Assembly (NCBI GenBank): GCA_963749085.1
Contig: CAVVLG010000004.1
Coordinates: 1 to 52,669, forward strand
Direction: 5' to 3'
DNA: 52,669 nt
From: Candidatus Adlerbacteria bacterium
GTDB taxonomy: Bacteria > Patescibacteriota > Minisyncoccia > Phycocordibacterales > SBAW01
Positions within the stretch are counted from its first letter, which is position 1. Each line of letters begins with the position of its first letter. The notes below the pieces were generated by a model. That model worked only from the letters and a program-made list of their open reading frames with translations. It did no database searches and had not been told where the DNA came from. A program made the translations under genes and the position numbers. This document shows, one piece after another, positions 17,354 through 25,777 of the stretch.

Positions 17354-18700
17354 ATTTTTTTCGGGGTGATGCCAGTCAGTTTAGTCAGGCGATTCAAAAT
17401 AACGGCCGTATACACGTCACTTTTTTCCATCAGCCGAAATCTGCGTTTGAGCAGATATGCGCTCGCGGCGGTGCTTCCACTCCCGCCGAATGGCTCTAAA
17501 ATTAGATCACCCCGGCGCGTCAGCACTTTGGCGTAGGGAATAAGTAGCTCGACGGGCTTGGTGCCGAAAATAATTCCTTGGCCGGAAGATTTCTGGTCGG
17601 CGGCGATGTGGGAAATAAAATCGGTTGGACAAATTTTCTTGCCTTTTTCATACGGCTCCCAGTGTGGTTTCCCGGCAGTGGCAAACAGGGCATTTTCGTA
17701 TTCGTTTTGCAGCAGTTCTTCTTCGGGCGCGAGATTGAGGCCGCGGAATTTAGCGCCGGTGCCGACCAACGCGATATCGGTTTTATTAAAGAACCGATAC
17801 TTCGCGCTAAAGCCCGAGACGCGGTTCGGCACGTGCCAGGTAATGGTGTTGCGATACCGCCAGTGTTTCTCGAGCTCGTTCCAGATGGTACGGAGATTCT
17901 TCGGGTTCTCGAAGATCAAGATGGAGAAGTCGGGCTTGGCCACACGCGCGACGTTCGCCATCCATTTTTCCGTGAAGTCGGGAGGCAGGACGGCGGTGCC
18001 GAGATATTGCCGGTTGCGCTTGAGGCCGAACCCTTCGGTCGTTTTGCCATGCTTCTTCTTGCCGTTTAAATAATCCAGAAGGTACGGGGGATCTGCTAAG
18101 ACGGAGATCGGCCTTCTCGCCGTCCATGAGTTTGAGCATGTCAGCCTCAACGGTCGAGTCTCCATTCATAACGCGCGAGCCGTCCGGCCACTCGAAAATG
18201 TCGCCATGTTTTATGTCGATGTTTTTGATGTTCAATTTTTGTAGCTCTTTTTGAAGGTCAAAAATCTCGGGGTGCTCCTCGACGGGGAAGATGTTGTCCA
18301 ACTCTTCGGAGGAAAATCCGATGCCGGAGAGCAGCGACTCATCATACTCGGCGAGGAGGCCGAGGTCCCAATCGCCCGTATTTTTATTGAGCCTAATTAT
18401 CAACTCAGCCTCTTTCTTGGCGTCGGGGATGTTGACGTGCACGATCGGCACCGTTTTGTACCCCATCTCTTTAAGCACCTCGAAGCGAAAGTTGCCGCCC
18501 ACAATAATACCGTTGCGCTTAGGCGCGGAGTTGACCACGAGCGGATCGACGACACCATGGCGCTCGATACTCTCACGTAGTTGCTGACGTGCTTCCTTCG
18601 ACCAGACGCGGGGATTTTTCTCAGGATGTCGCAACGAGGAGGGTGGAACATAGACGACGCGGAGATTTTCTTGTAACGACGAACGGTTCTTGATACTCAT
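17350..18700 (-). pseudogene. ParB-like nuclease domain fused to an N6/N4 DNA methyltransferase, split by a one-nt frameshift near 18103
   Basis: The N-terminal ORF has ParB-N motifs (VDPLVVN...IIVGGNFRFEVLKEMGY). The downstream ORF has DPPY and EPFGGSGST. Removing one C in CTCCGT restores ...EKADL-VLADPPY.... Confidence 0.8.
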
Positions 18701-18739
18701 ATGTTTTTTTTGAGTGCGTTAACTAATAGATAAACGAAA

Positions 18740-18789
18740 AACGCCCAGATAAGGGCTCGTGCGTTTGCACAAACCGATATCTGGGCGTT
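18740..18789 (-). terminator. Stem-loop followed by a T-rich tract on the minus strand. Probable terminator of 18818-19075
   Basis: A perfect 12-bp inverted repeat, AACGCCCAGATA / TATCTGGGCGTT, around a 26-nt loop. On the minus strand it is followed by TTTTCGTTTATC. Confidence 0.45.
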
Positions 18790-18817
18790 CCAGACGATGC
18801 TCGATTAAGTTGTAGAC

Positions 18818-19075
18818 CTATTGTACACCCCTGCGACTACCTTGTACATAGGTGGGGTGTCTAAGGGTGATGAAGTAGTTGGGCGTGAGGCCCGGGCACT
18901 TCTCGCACTCTATCGCTATGACCCCGCCCGCTGTATGCTGCACTCTGACCGTGACCTCTATCCGCTCGTTCCCCTGATTCTTGACGTAGTGGATTTTGTT
19001 GCCCTTTATCCGGGCAAGTGGCATGTCGCAACCTCGGCAGCGCACTAACTCATTAAATCCCCCTTTATCAAGCAT
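18818..19075 (-). CDS. Small zinc-ribbon protein, hypothetical
   Basis: 85 aa with CRGCD...CEKCPG cysteine pairs. An opposite-strand ORF of similar size exists, so coding status is uncertain. Confidence 0.4.
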   Translation of the reverse strand: MLDKGGFNELVRCRGCDMPLARIKGNKIHYVKNQGNERIEVTVRVQHTAGGVIAIECEKCPGLTPNYFITLRHPTYVQGSRRGVQ

Positions 19076-19363
19076 ACATTCATTATATCACCAGCAGGCC
19101 TATTACTTGCGTTTCTGTCGACGGTTTGATTTCGGGGACGGTTTCTGCGGGACGCTTTTCAGTCCCATGCATCCCACCCATCCCAACGTGGTACGGTACC
19201 GCTCCGCCCGCCGACTTCCCAAAACGCACCAAAAGTCGCTTGAATCTCTTTGAACTGACCCATACCTGTCCCCATCGCTCGGATGTACTATATAGAGGTA
19301 TAAAAACCTTTGTGGGGTCTACCGAGTAGGGTACGGTACCGCCATGGGCAACCAGGTAACGAT

Positions 19364-19984
19364 ATGGGATATTCTTTCTCCATAAGCGAATCGCTTCAGT
19401 TCGGCTGGAAGAAAACGCGCGCTCATAGTGGACTCCTTTTTCAAATACTATTGACGCTTTTTGCTCTGAACGTAGCGTTTCAAGTCGTGGTACGCGTTTT
19501 TGGTAATAGCCTTGAGGGAATTCTTGCGGCATTCGTACTTCTTCTCGTAAGCGTTATCGTAAGCGCAGGGTTCACAGTAGTGCTGCTTAAAATTGCCCGT
19601 GGCCAACGTACTTCATACAAAGACATTCTTCCGTCGACGCGCGTCGTCGTTGTATATACCGCTGCCTCTCTCTTGGCTGCAGTTGTCATAGTCGTCGGAC
19701 TCATTCTCCTTATCGTGCCGGGTATTTATCTGCTCTTGCGCTATTCAATGGTAAGGTTCTCTGCCGTAGACGGCAACGGTATCCTCGAGAGCTTGCGGAA
19801 AAGTGCTCTCATGACGCAGGGGGTTAAGTGGCACCTCCTCGGCTTTCTGCTGGTTATTCTCGTACTCAATATCATTGGTCTGCTTCTTTTCTTTGTGGGG
19901 CTTTTAGTCAGTATTCCGGTGACGATGCTCGCGTACGCAGATATTTATCAAAAACTGCAAAGTCGCGTTGAAGGGAAGGCTTAA
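19364..19984 (+). CDS. Polytopic membrane protein, hypothetical (likely host backbone)
   Basis: The ATG at 19364 gives MGYSFSISESLQFGWKK..., followed by several long hydrophobic segments. Confidence 0.7.
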   Translation: MGYSFSISESLQFGWKKTRAHSGLLFQILLTLFALNVAFQVVVRVFGNSLEGILAAFVLLLVSVIVSAGFTVVLLKIARGQRTSYKDILPSTRVVVVYTAASLLAAVVIVVGLILLIVPGIYLLLRYSMVRFSAVDGNGILESLRKSALMTQGVKWHLLGFLLVILVLNIIGLLLFFVGLLVSIPVTMLAYADIYQKLQSRVEGKA

Positions 19985-20004
19985 AAATGCTACTTTGACT
20001 TCAC

Positions 20005-20078
20005 GTCGGCGTAGCTCAGGTAGTTAGAGCATGGGACTCATAAACCCAAGGTCGAAGGTGCAAGTCCTTCCGCCGACA
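20005..20078 (+). tRNA. tRNA-Met(CAT): tRNA with CAT anticodon (elongator Met or Ile2)
   Basis: It was folded by hand into a 74-nt cloverleaf. Acceptor GTCGGCG/CGCCGAC with a G1-C72 pair, D arm GCTC/GAGC, anticodon loop CTCATAA, T arm GAAGG/CCTTC. Two oddities: an A31-A39 mismatch and T-loop TGCAAGT. Confidence 0.8.
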
Positions 20079-20080
20079 CC
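20059..20080 (+). repeat. attL-type direct repeat (3' end of tRNA-Met)
   Basis: TGCAAGTCCTTCCGCCGACACC is identical to 38716-38737. Confidence 0.7.
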
Positions 20081-20108
20081 TGTTTTGTTGCCAATTTTAC
20101 CTTGCAGA

Positions 20109-21230
20109 TTATGGGTTTTTTGTTTCTTGCTGCAATGCCTCAACCCATTGGTTGCCCACCGGTTGCCCAAAACTAGCTGAAACCATCGTTTTTGGGTTCA
20201 GCATGTCGATTGCTGACCGCAGTGTTGAGGGTGCCAAATGAGCGTATCGCATCGTCGTGGTGATGGTCGAGTGTCCCATGAGCGCCTGCACAGTGTTGAG
20301 AGGTACGCCCTTCATAGCCAAGTGTGATGCGAAGGTGTGCCGTAGCGTGTGCCAGCCAATCTTGCGTAACCCCACCACCTTGCACACTTTATGCAAGCGG
20401 CGCGTAAGGACTTTGCCACTGAAAGGTTTGCCATCCTCATCCAAGAATACATACCCCGTGTCTTTCTTTCGCTTAAAGAGCATTGTGTACACATCAATAT
20501 CTGTTGGAATGTGCCGCTCGCGATTGCTCTTTGGAGAGTCCAATTGTTTTGTGTAATCATTGAGCGAATGACGTACCGTGATGCTCTGATTTTGCCAATC
20601 AATTGAAGACCATTGGAGTCCCTTGAGTTCTCCTTGCCGCATGCCGGTGCGCAGAGCAGCAAACATCATCTCATGAATGACACCGTCGGCGTTAGTCAGC
20701 AACAGTGCACACTCGTCGGGCGATAGATGATCTGTTTGGGGCGGGGGATATTTGAGCCATGTGATCTTAGGTGGAGCTCCTTCGAGCCCCAGCCACTCAA
20801 ACGCTGTCGCCAGGCATCTCCTCAAGACCGTGAGTCGGTTATTTACGGTCTTACGTGAGATGCCCTTTTTTAGTATCGATGCTTTGTATTGTTCTATGTG
20901 GTGGGAGGTAATTTGCCTCACAGGTATTTTCCCGAAGAATGGGACGAGCGAAGCTCGCAGGACGTGTCTCTTATTTCGTTGTTCTGAAGGCTTGTTGTTG
21001 ACCCGGACATATTCATCGAACCACTGCCAAGCAAACTGCTCGAACAGTTGCTCTTGCTGGGGAACCTGCGCCACTTTGTCTATCGGCTCGCCGCGCGCTA
21101 ACTTTTGACGCAGGTTCGCTTCGTACTCTTCTGCTCCCGTCTTGGAGTTCAAAGGACTTCGTAATCTACATCGTTTGTGTTTGAATCTGATATCAACCCA
21201 CCACGATTTTTTTATAATCCGTACTGACAT
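20109..21230 (-). CDS. int: Tyrosine-type site-specific integrase
   Basis: 373 aa. C-terminal catalytic region WHTLRHTFASHL...LMGHSTITTTMRYAHL (R...HxxR...Y). Adjacent to the tRNA 3' end. Confidence 0.92.
   Translation of the reverse strand: MSVRIIKKSWWVDIRFKHKRCRLRSPLNSKTGAEEYEANLRQKLARGEPIDKVAQVPQQEQLFEQFAWQWFDEYVRVNNKPSEQRNKRHVLRASLVPFFGKIPVRQITSHHIEQYKASILKKGISRKTVNNRLTVLRRCLATAFEWLGLEGAPPKITWLKYPPPQTDHLSPDECALLLTNADGVIHEMMFAALRTGMRQGELKGLQWSSIDWQNQSITVRHSLNDYTKQLDSPKSNRERHIPTDIDVYTMLFKRKKDTGYVFLDEDGKPFSGKVLTRRLHKVCKVVGLRKIGWHTLRHTFASHLAMKGVPLNTVQALMGHSTITTTMRYAHLAPSTLRSAIDMLNPKTMVSASFGQPVGNQWVEALQQETKNP
20150..20169 (+). repeat. Tandem 9-mer GGTTGCCCA-CC-GGTTGCCCA (copy near attL)
   Basis: Near-identical to 38554-38573 (GGTTGCCCA-CG-GGTTGCCCA). 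It lies within the 3' end of int. Confidence 0.5.
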
Positions 21231-21233
21231 ATA

Positions 21234-21584
21234 TTATTTCGCGCTCAATTCCACCCGATTTTTCGAGAGATATGCCATGACGTCGCTTGGGAAGAAACGA
21301 ATACTGCCGCCAAGTTTTATGAAGGGAAGATGCCCTCCTTGGTACAGACGTCGCACTGTCGATGCGGATATTTTCAATCTCTCCGTAACTTCAGGGATGG
21401 TTAGCAGTTCGCCAATCGAACTGGAATCAATTGCTTTGTTGTCAAAGACCAGTACAGGTTCAGTCTTAACACCTACCGTCTTTCCGCGCTTTTGCCAAGT
21501 TCCTCCTCCGTATTGCTCCGCACCAGGGACGGCAGGCCGTCCGGGTGTCTCGGCACCGCCCCTATTTGGAGGGGTAGGGGTCAT
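21234..21584 (-). CDS. Excisionase/MerR-type HTH DNA-binding protein
   Basis: The C-terminal half reads LLTIPEVTERLKISASTVRRLYQGGHLPFIKLGGSIRFFPSDV, which is typical of excisionase-family HTH. The N-terminal half is Pro/Gly-rich, so the true start may be internal. Confidence 0.65.
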   Translation of the reverse strand: MTPTPPNRGGAETPGRPAVPGAEQYGGGTWQKRGKTVGVKTEPVLVFDNKAIDSSSIGELLTIPEVTERLKISASTVRRLYQGGHLPFIKLGGSIRFFPSDVMAYLSKNRVELSAK

Positions 21585-24049
21585 GTTTGTTTCCTACCGC
21601 ACCATTTGCACGGGGTTTTGACGCATTCATCGAGCGGGCGCTTGAGCTCCTCGGGAATGTAATCGTCCCCGTGCATGTGCGAATATGGAGTTGGGATTGC
21701 GGGCTCCGGCTCAACAATCGGCGGAGCGTCGAAACAGCCCTCCTGGGCCATGACCGCTTCAGTAAGCTCCTCCTCCCGGAGATAGTCTGTACCGCCTAAA
21801 TCGGGCTCTACTGTAGTAGGCGAGGGTTTTACCCCACCATCTGACTCACTATTGTTTTGGTCGTCAGATATAGTGAGGGGCTCGGTGGGGTAGACCAATA
21901 TCTTCCGTTTATCATCAGGGTCTTTCTCCTGTGATATGAGCCCGGCGTTGTCGAGCATCGGCAGGATCTGCTGCCGCATCATCCAGTCGGGCAGTGGTCT
22001 GCCATATACCTGGAAATGCCGCTGCGCGATTTCGCGCTTGTCCAAACCAAGTGGCGCTCTGCCTAAGCGCTTTGCCTTCTCCACTTTTTCCGCCCACGCA
22101 GGCAGGAGAATCTCCTTGAATACCTGATAAACGAACGGCGGGAGATCCAGCTCTTGGCTTTCGGATATGGCATCCCAGACCTTGAAAGCCTCCTCGATGT
22201 CGCCGTCATTGCAGTCCAGCGTCGCGCCTTCGCGATTTCTAAACCATAGATTGAGGAGCGCATGGAGCTTGATGATGTCCACGACCCGCCCAATATCCCT
22301 GCTGTGCCGGGGTCTGAGATGCTTGGCGCTTTCCAGAAACAGCCGCTCCACCTTTTCGGGATTTGTTATGCGTATATCGGTGATGCCCTCCTGCTTTATG
22401 GCAAGGATGCGCTTCTTGAGGAGAGAGCGTTCGGGATTTTCATCGAGCCACTGCTGGTAAGCAGCCCGGTTTGTCTCTTTGCGTACCTTTTCGTGTATGG
22501 CCTCGCGAATCTTTTCTTGATGCGTTTCCGGACTGAGGAGAATAAAGCGGGTGGATTCCTGTTCGTCCACCTGCAAGGTTGCAGTACAGAAGACGACGGC
22601 AGGAAAACCGCGAAGGAAAATAACTTTCGTCCGCAGTCCAGATTTCTGCGACTTGTCGGTAATTTCCAACCGGACCTCTTTCTTGTCGTGAGAGAGGAGC
22701 GGGCGTAAGTGTGCGAGGAGCTGCTGATGGGGCTGGTCAAGGAAAATATATATCTTCCGTTCCATGTCCACGATGTAGCCGTTCTTATCCTTGTCAAATT
22801 TTCCCGTAGCGTGAAAAAAGGACGTGGGGCTGCAATAACCAAGCTCCTTCACATCCTCCTCGGGAAACAGACGCGCTATCTCCGTTGGGATGTAGGATTT
22901 GCCGCTTGAGGATGGGGCGTTGAAGCTGACATTGAGTTGCGAATCCTCGGTATATGCCGAAAGCAGGCACAAAAAAGTGATGAGCTTGTTTTCGGCATCC
23001 CGCTTGATGGTAAGGCCGAGAATGTCGAGCAACGCTTCAGTCGTGATCGGCTTGAACTGAGAGGCATCGATTCTTTCTGGGTACTCTTTCGCATATTTTT
23101 CAAACAAATCATCGGGGCTTCCGTTAAGCTTCACGAAATAATCGGTGATGTCGCCCTTCTCGCCGACTTCTTGTGGCAGTGTAATTATGTATGTCTCATT
23201 GTCTTCACTTTCCACTATTTTTGCCACCCGCCCCGCTCCCTCCCTCCCAGCATCATCGTTGTCGAAACAAATATAGATTTTTCTATTTTTTCCGATCACT
23301 TCGCACCACTCCTCCTTGAATGTCATCGCCCCATGCGTTGAGGTGACGGCGGGAATACCCTTTGAAAGTAGCGCAAGCCTGTCTAGCTCTCCTTCGCAAA
23401 TTACAATTTTTTCAGAAGAAGTTTGTAACGTTTCCCAACCGTAAATCTGAGCCTCAATTCCAGAAGGGAACGTCATTTTATCGTCTCCGGTGCTCGGGTC
23501 CTGCCGCAGCTTAAAAAAGATGAAATCCCCGTCTATGTCCGGCACGGGTATCGTAATCCACCATTTGCCGTAGAACTTGCCCCAGCCAAGTCTTTTCTCA
23601 TCGATGACGGCGTCTGTAATACCTCTGGCGTTGAGATACTGACGGATGTCGATCGGAAGCGCCAAATGACAAGCCTCAACCATTTCTGCATCAAACTTTG
23701 CGGATTTTTTCCGCGAATTTTTCTTTGAGGATTTGCGAGCGGTATTCCGTATTTTGTCTCCAAAATGCTTGGCGAGAGTTACAAGATTTCCCTTCGCGCC
23801 GCATTTTTTGCACTCGTATTGTCCTGTCTCTGCACTAATATATAGATGAGCTTCCTTGCCTTTACTGTCTGCGTCGCAGTCGCTGAACAGACATTTGGTA
23901 ATAAGTTCGCCATTACTCTCGCGAAAAGAAATAGCTTTATCCCTGAGATACTCTCGAGGGTCAATAACAAAAAACGGCCCCCCGTCGAAGGTGGCGCCCG
24001 CGCGCGAGGAGCCGCTCTCTGCAATCGATTTTTGCGGGCGCCGTTCCAT
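21581..24049 (-). CDS. Primase-helicase-like replication protein (zinc ribbon + Toprim + P-loop NTPase)
   Basis: 822 aa. CLFSDCDAD...YECKKCG zinc ribbon; Toprim VICEGELDRL...CFDNDDAGREG; Walker A APSSSGKS. Paralogue at 41840-44003. Confidence 0.85.
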   Translation of the reverse strand: MERRPQKSIAESGSSRAGATFDGGPFFVIDPREYLRDKAISFRESNGELITKCLFSDCDADSKGKEAHLYISAETGQYECKKCGAKGNLVTLAKHFGDKIRNTARKSSKKNSRKKSAKFDAEMVEACHLALPIDIRQYLNARGITDAVIDEKRLGWGKFYGKWWITIPVPDIDGDFIFFKLRQDPSTGDDKMTFPSGIEAQIYGWETLQTSSEKIVICEGELDRLALLSKGIPAVTSTHGAMTFKEEWCEVIGKNRKIYICFDNDDAGREGAGRVAKIVESEDNETYIITLPQEVGEKGDITDYFVKLNGSPDDLFEKYAKEYPERIDASQFKPITTEALLDILGLTIKRDAENKLITFLCLLSAYTEDSQLNVSFNAPSSSGKSYIPTEIARLFPEEDVKELGYCSPTSFFHATGKFDKDKNGYIVDMERKIYIFLDQPHQQLLAHLRPLLSHDKKEVRLEITDKSQKSGLRTKVIFLRGFPAVVFCTATLQVDEQESTRFILLSPETHQEKIREAIHEKVRKETNRAAYQQWLDENPERSLLKKRILAIKQEGITDIRITNPEKVERLFLESAKHLRPRHSRDIGRVVDIIKLHALLNLWFRNREGATLDCNDGDIEEAFKVWDAISESQELDLPPFVYQVFKEILLPAWAEKVEKAKRLGRAPLGLDKREIAQRHFQVYGRPLPDWMMRQQILPMLDNAGLISQEKDPDDKRKILVYPTEPLTISDDQNNSESDGGVKPSPTTVEPDLGGTDYLREEELTEAVMAQEGCFDAPPIVEPEPAIPTPYSHMHGDDYIPEELKRPLDECVKTPCKWCGRKQT

Positions 24050-24088
24050 CCCTCAATCTAATCACAAACGCAATCCGGGGGCGTTAGG

Positions 24089-24976
24089 TTATTTTTTCAA
24101 TTTCTTGGAGATCAATTTCGCCGATCTTTTTTCGCTATAGAATCTCCGTTGTCTCAGACGATTCTGAGCTTCGATCCAATATGGTGCATCGTCATCGGGG
24201 TTGTACAGCTCAATTCTTGTGCGCCTGAACGTATTTTTTGCACTTTTGGAAAGAACTTCTTTCAGTTCCTTGCGCGCTTGTTTACGTTGTGCCGGCGTAA
24301 AATCGCTGCCAAAACGCTCGAGGTTATATCCCAGAGTTTCCTTAATTGCCTTTTTATCAGCTGCAGTGAGTCGGAAGTCGGCGATAGCATCCATGTGTTG
24401 CATGACCTCATATGCCAACATATGAGGATAGTACTGTCTCAGGCTCTTGTTATCATCCCGATACAGAACGAACCACTTCGTCCATTCAAACAGCAGCGGA
24501 GACAGCCCGCGCTTGCGGAGCAGTCGTTTTATAGCAGCATAAAACTCAGCACGCTCTTTCTTCTCCATCTGAACTAAATCAAAACCGTGGGGCTGCAGAT
24601 TCCTTTCGTCTTCAACATACTTATGGAGGTAGTCTAAGAAGTTTTTGTATACCGCATACACCCCCTTGCTATTGGGTTCTTGCTCTTTAATAAAGTACAC
24701 AGAATCATCGATAAAATTGGCGAGCCTTTCCGACTTCTCCTCATGTAGTATCGCAAGAGCGCTGAGGTCTTTTTTTGCAGTGAGATCTTTAGGAATGCCA
24801 CATTTGTCCCGAATATTTTTCGCTTCGATCAAAAAGGAATAATCCTTGAGTAGCGCTTCACAGGTATCGTCGAGGATTTGAGGGGTTGGCCCCGAATCCG
24901 GATTACCAGCTTGAAGTTGCATGAGCGCTCGCTCGAGCCGATTCTCTTCGCCACTCTCCGTTGCGGGTGCCACCAT
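24089..24976 (-). CDS. Hypothetical protein
   Basis: 295-aa ORF, same strand as the primase gene and upstream of it. No family recognised. Confidence 0.55.
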   Translation of the reverse strand: MVAPATESGEENRLERALMQLQAGNPDSGPTPQILDDTCEALLKDYSFLIEAKNIRDKCGIPKDLTAKKDLSALAILHEEKSERLANFIDDSVYFIKEQEPNSKGVYAVYKNFLDYLHKYVEDERNLQPHGFDLVQMEKKERAEFYAAIKRLLRKRGLSPLLFEWTKWFVLYRDDNKSLRQYYPHMLAYEVMQHMDAIADFRLTAADKKAIKETLGYNLERFGSDFTPAQRKQARKELKEVLSKSAKNTFRRTRIELYNPDDDAPYWIEAQNRLRQRRFYSEKRSAKLISKKLKK

Positions 24977-25015
24977 TGCGAGGCATTATACGCTCATGTG
25001 TGGCTACTCCCACGT

Positions 25016-25750
25016 CTACATGTTGCTTTTCACGCTTGCATTCAGCCCGGCCTTATAGACCTCCGCTGCTGCCTCCCGTGCCGCTTTCACGTCCTTCTTC
25101 CACTGCCAAATTCGCCATAATGGGTATGCAATAACGCCTGCTCCAAGTAGAACGAGCAAAACGGGATCCGAGCCTGATGAGTAAATCCCGGCTGAAACGA
25201 GTAGCATAATTGTGCCGGTAATGAACCAGCCGATTAACTGTTTTTCAGCAAATGATGGTACCGGTCCTAAAGGAACAAGCTGATTGGTATGAGTGTTCTT
25301 GATAAGGAATAGAGACCAATCATCCGCTCGAAAGTCTCCTTCTTTCGGCTTCGGCAGTCCTCCCTTGAGGTAGTACAAATCAACGGTGTCGCCGCGGTCA
25401 ATCGAGAGGGTGAGTGCAAGAGGCACCGAGTGGGCAAGGAAGATATGCTCGCCGTTGTCCGTAGCTTCAAGTCGCAACTGGATATCAGTCTGATGCATGT
25501 GGATGGTCTGCTGCTTGAGATTGATGCCGCCGATGCCGCCAAATACGTTCCACTGTCCCAGGCCGTGTCCCAATCCTCCACCCACAATGCTCCCCTTACC
25601 GCTCGTAGCTGAGCTGACCTGGAACGTTTGTATCTTCGGCTCGGCAACCACCTTACATTCCCGAGTGGCAAACGCCAGGCACTCGCGCTGCTCTTTACTC
25701 AATGCGTCAGTGATTGTCTTCGGCAGCCCGCTTGATGGAATGAGTTTCAT
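25016..25750 (-). CDS. Hypothetical membrane protein with a Gly-rich segment and two C-terminal TM helices
   Basis: 244 aa. GSIVGGGLGHGLGQWNVFGGIGG, then WFITGTIMLLVSAGIY and VLLVLLGAGVIAYPLW. Confidence 0.55.
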   Translation of the reverse strand: MKLIPSSGLPKTITDALSKEQRECLAFATRECKVVAEPKIQTFQVSSATSGKGSIVGGGLGHGLGQWNVFGGIGGINLKQQTIHMHQTDIQLRLEATDNGEHIFLAHSVPLALTLSIDRGDTVDLYYLKGGLPKPKEGDFRADDWSLFLIKNTHTNQLVPLGPVPSFAEKQLIGWFITGTIMLLVSAGIYSSGSDPVLLVLLGAGVIAYPLWRIWQWKKDVKAAREAAAEVYKAGLNASVKSNM

Positions 25751-25777
25751 ATATCAATTCTTATTCTTCATTTACTT

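Larger units (their letters stand above)
1274..19075. mobile_element. Putative mobile element 1 (serine recombinase, R-M/defence cargo, packaging module). Ends are not defined
   Basis: A recombinase sits at one end and ParB-MTase/terS/terL at the other. Element 3 has the same layout. A GTACGGTACCGC 12-mer at 43-54 and at 19191-19202 / 19331-19342 may mark the ends. Confidence 0.35.

Noticed and set aside
15004-19075. A complete prophage
   Set aside because: Only terL, a terS-like gene and a ParB-methylase are present. No portal, capsid, protease, tail or lysis genes were recognised anywhere in the window.
19083-19532. 149-aa minus-strand ORF overlapping the start of the membrane-protein gene
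   Set aside because: It overlaps a more convincing + strand gene with clear TM helices, has no motifs, and spans a non-coding-looking region containing the repeated 12-mer.
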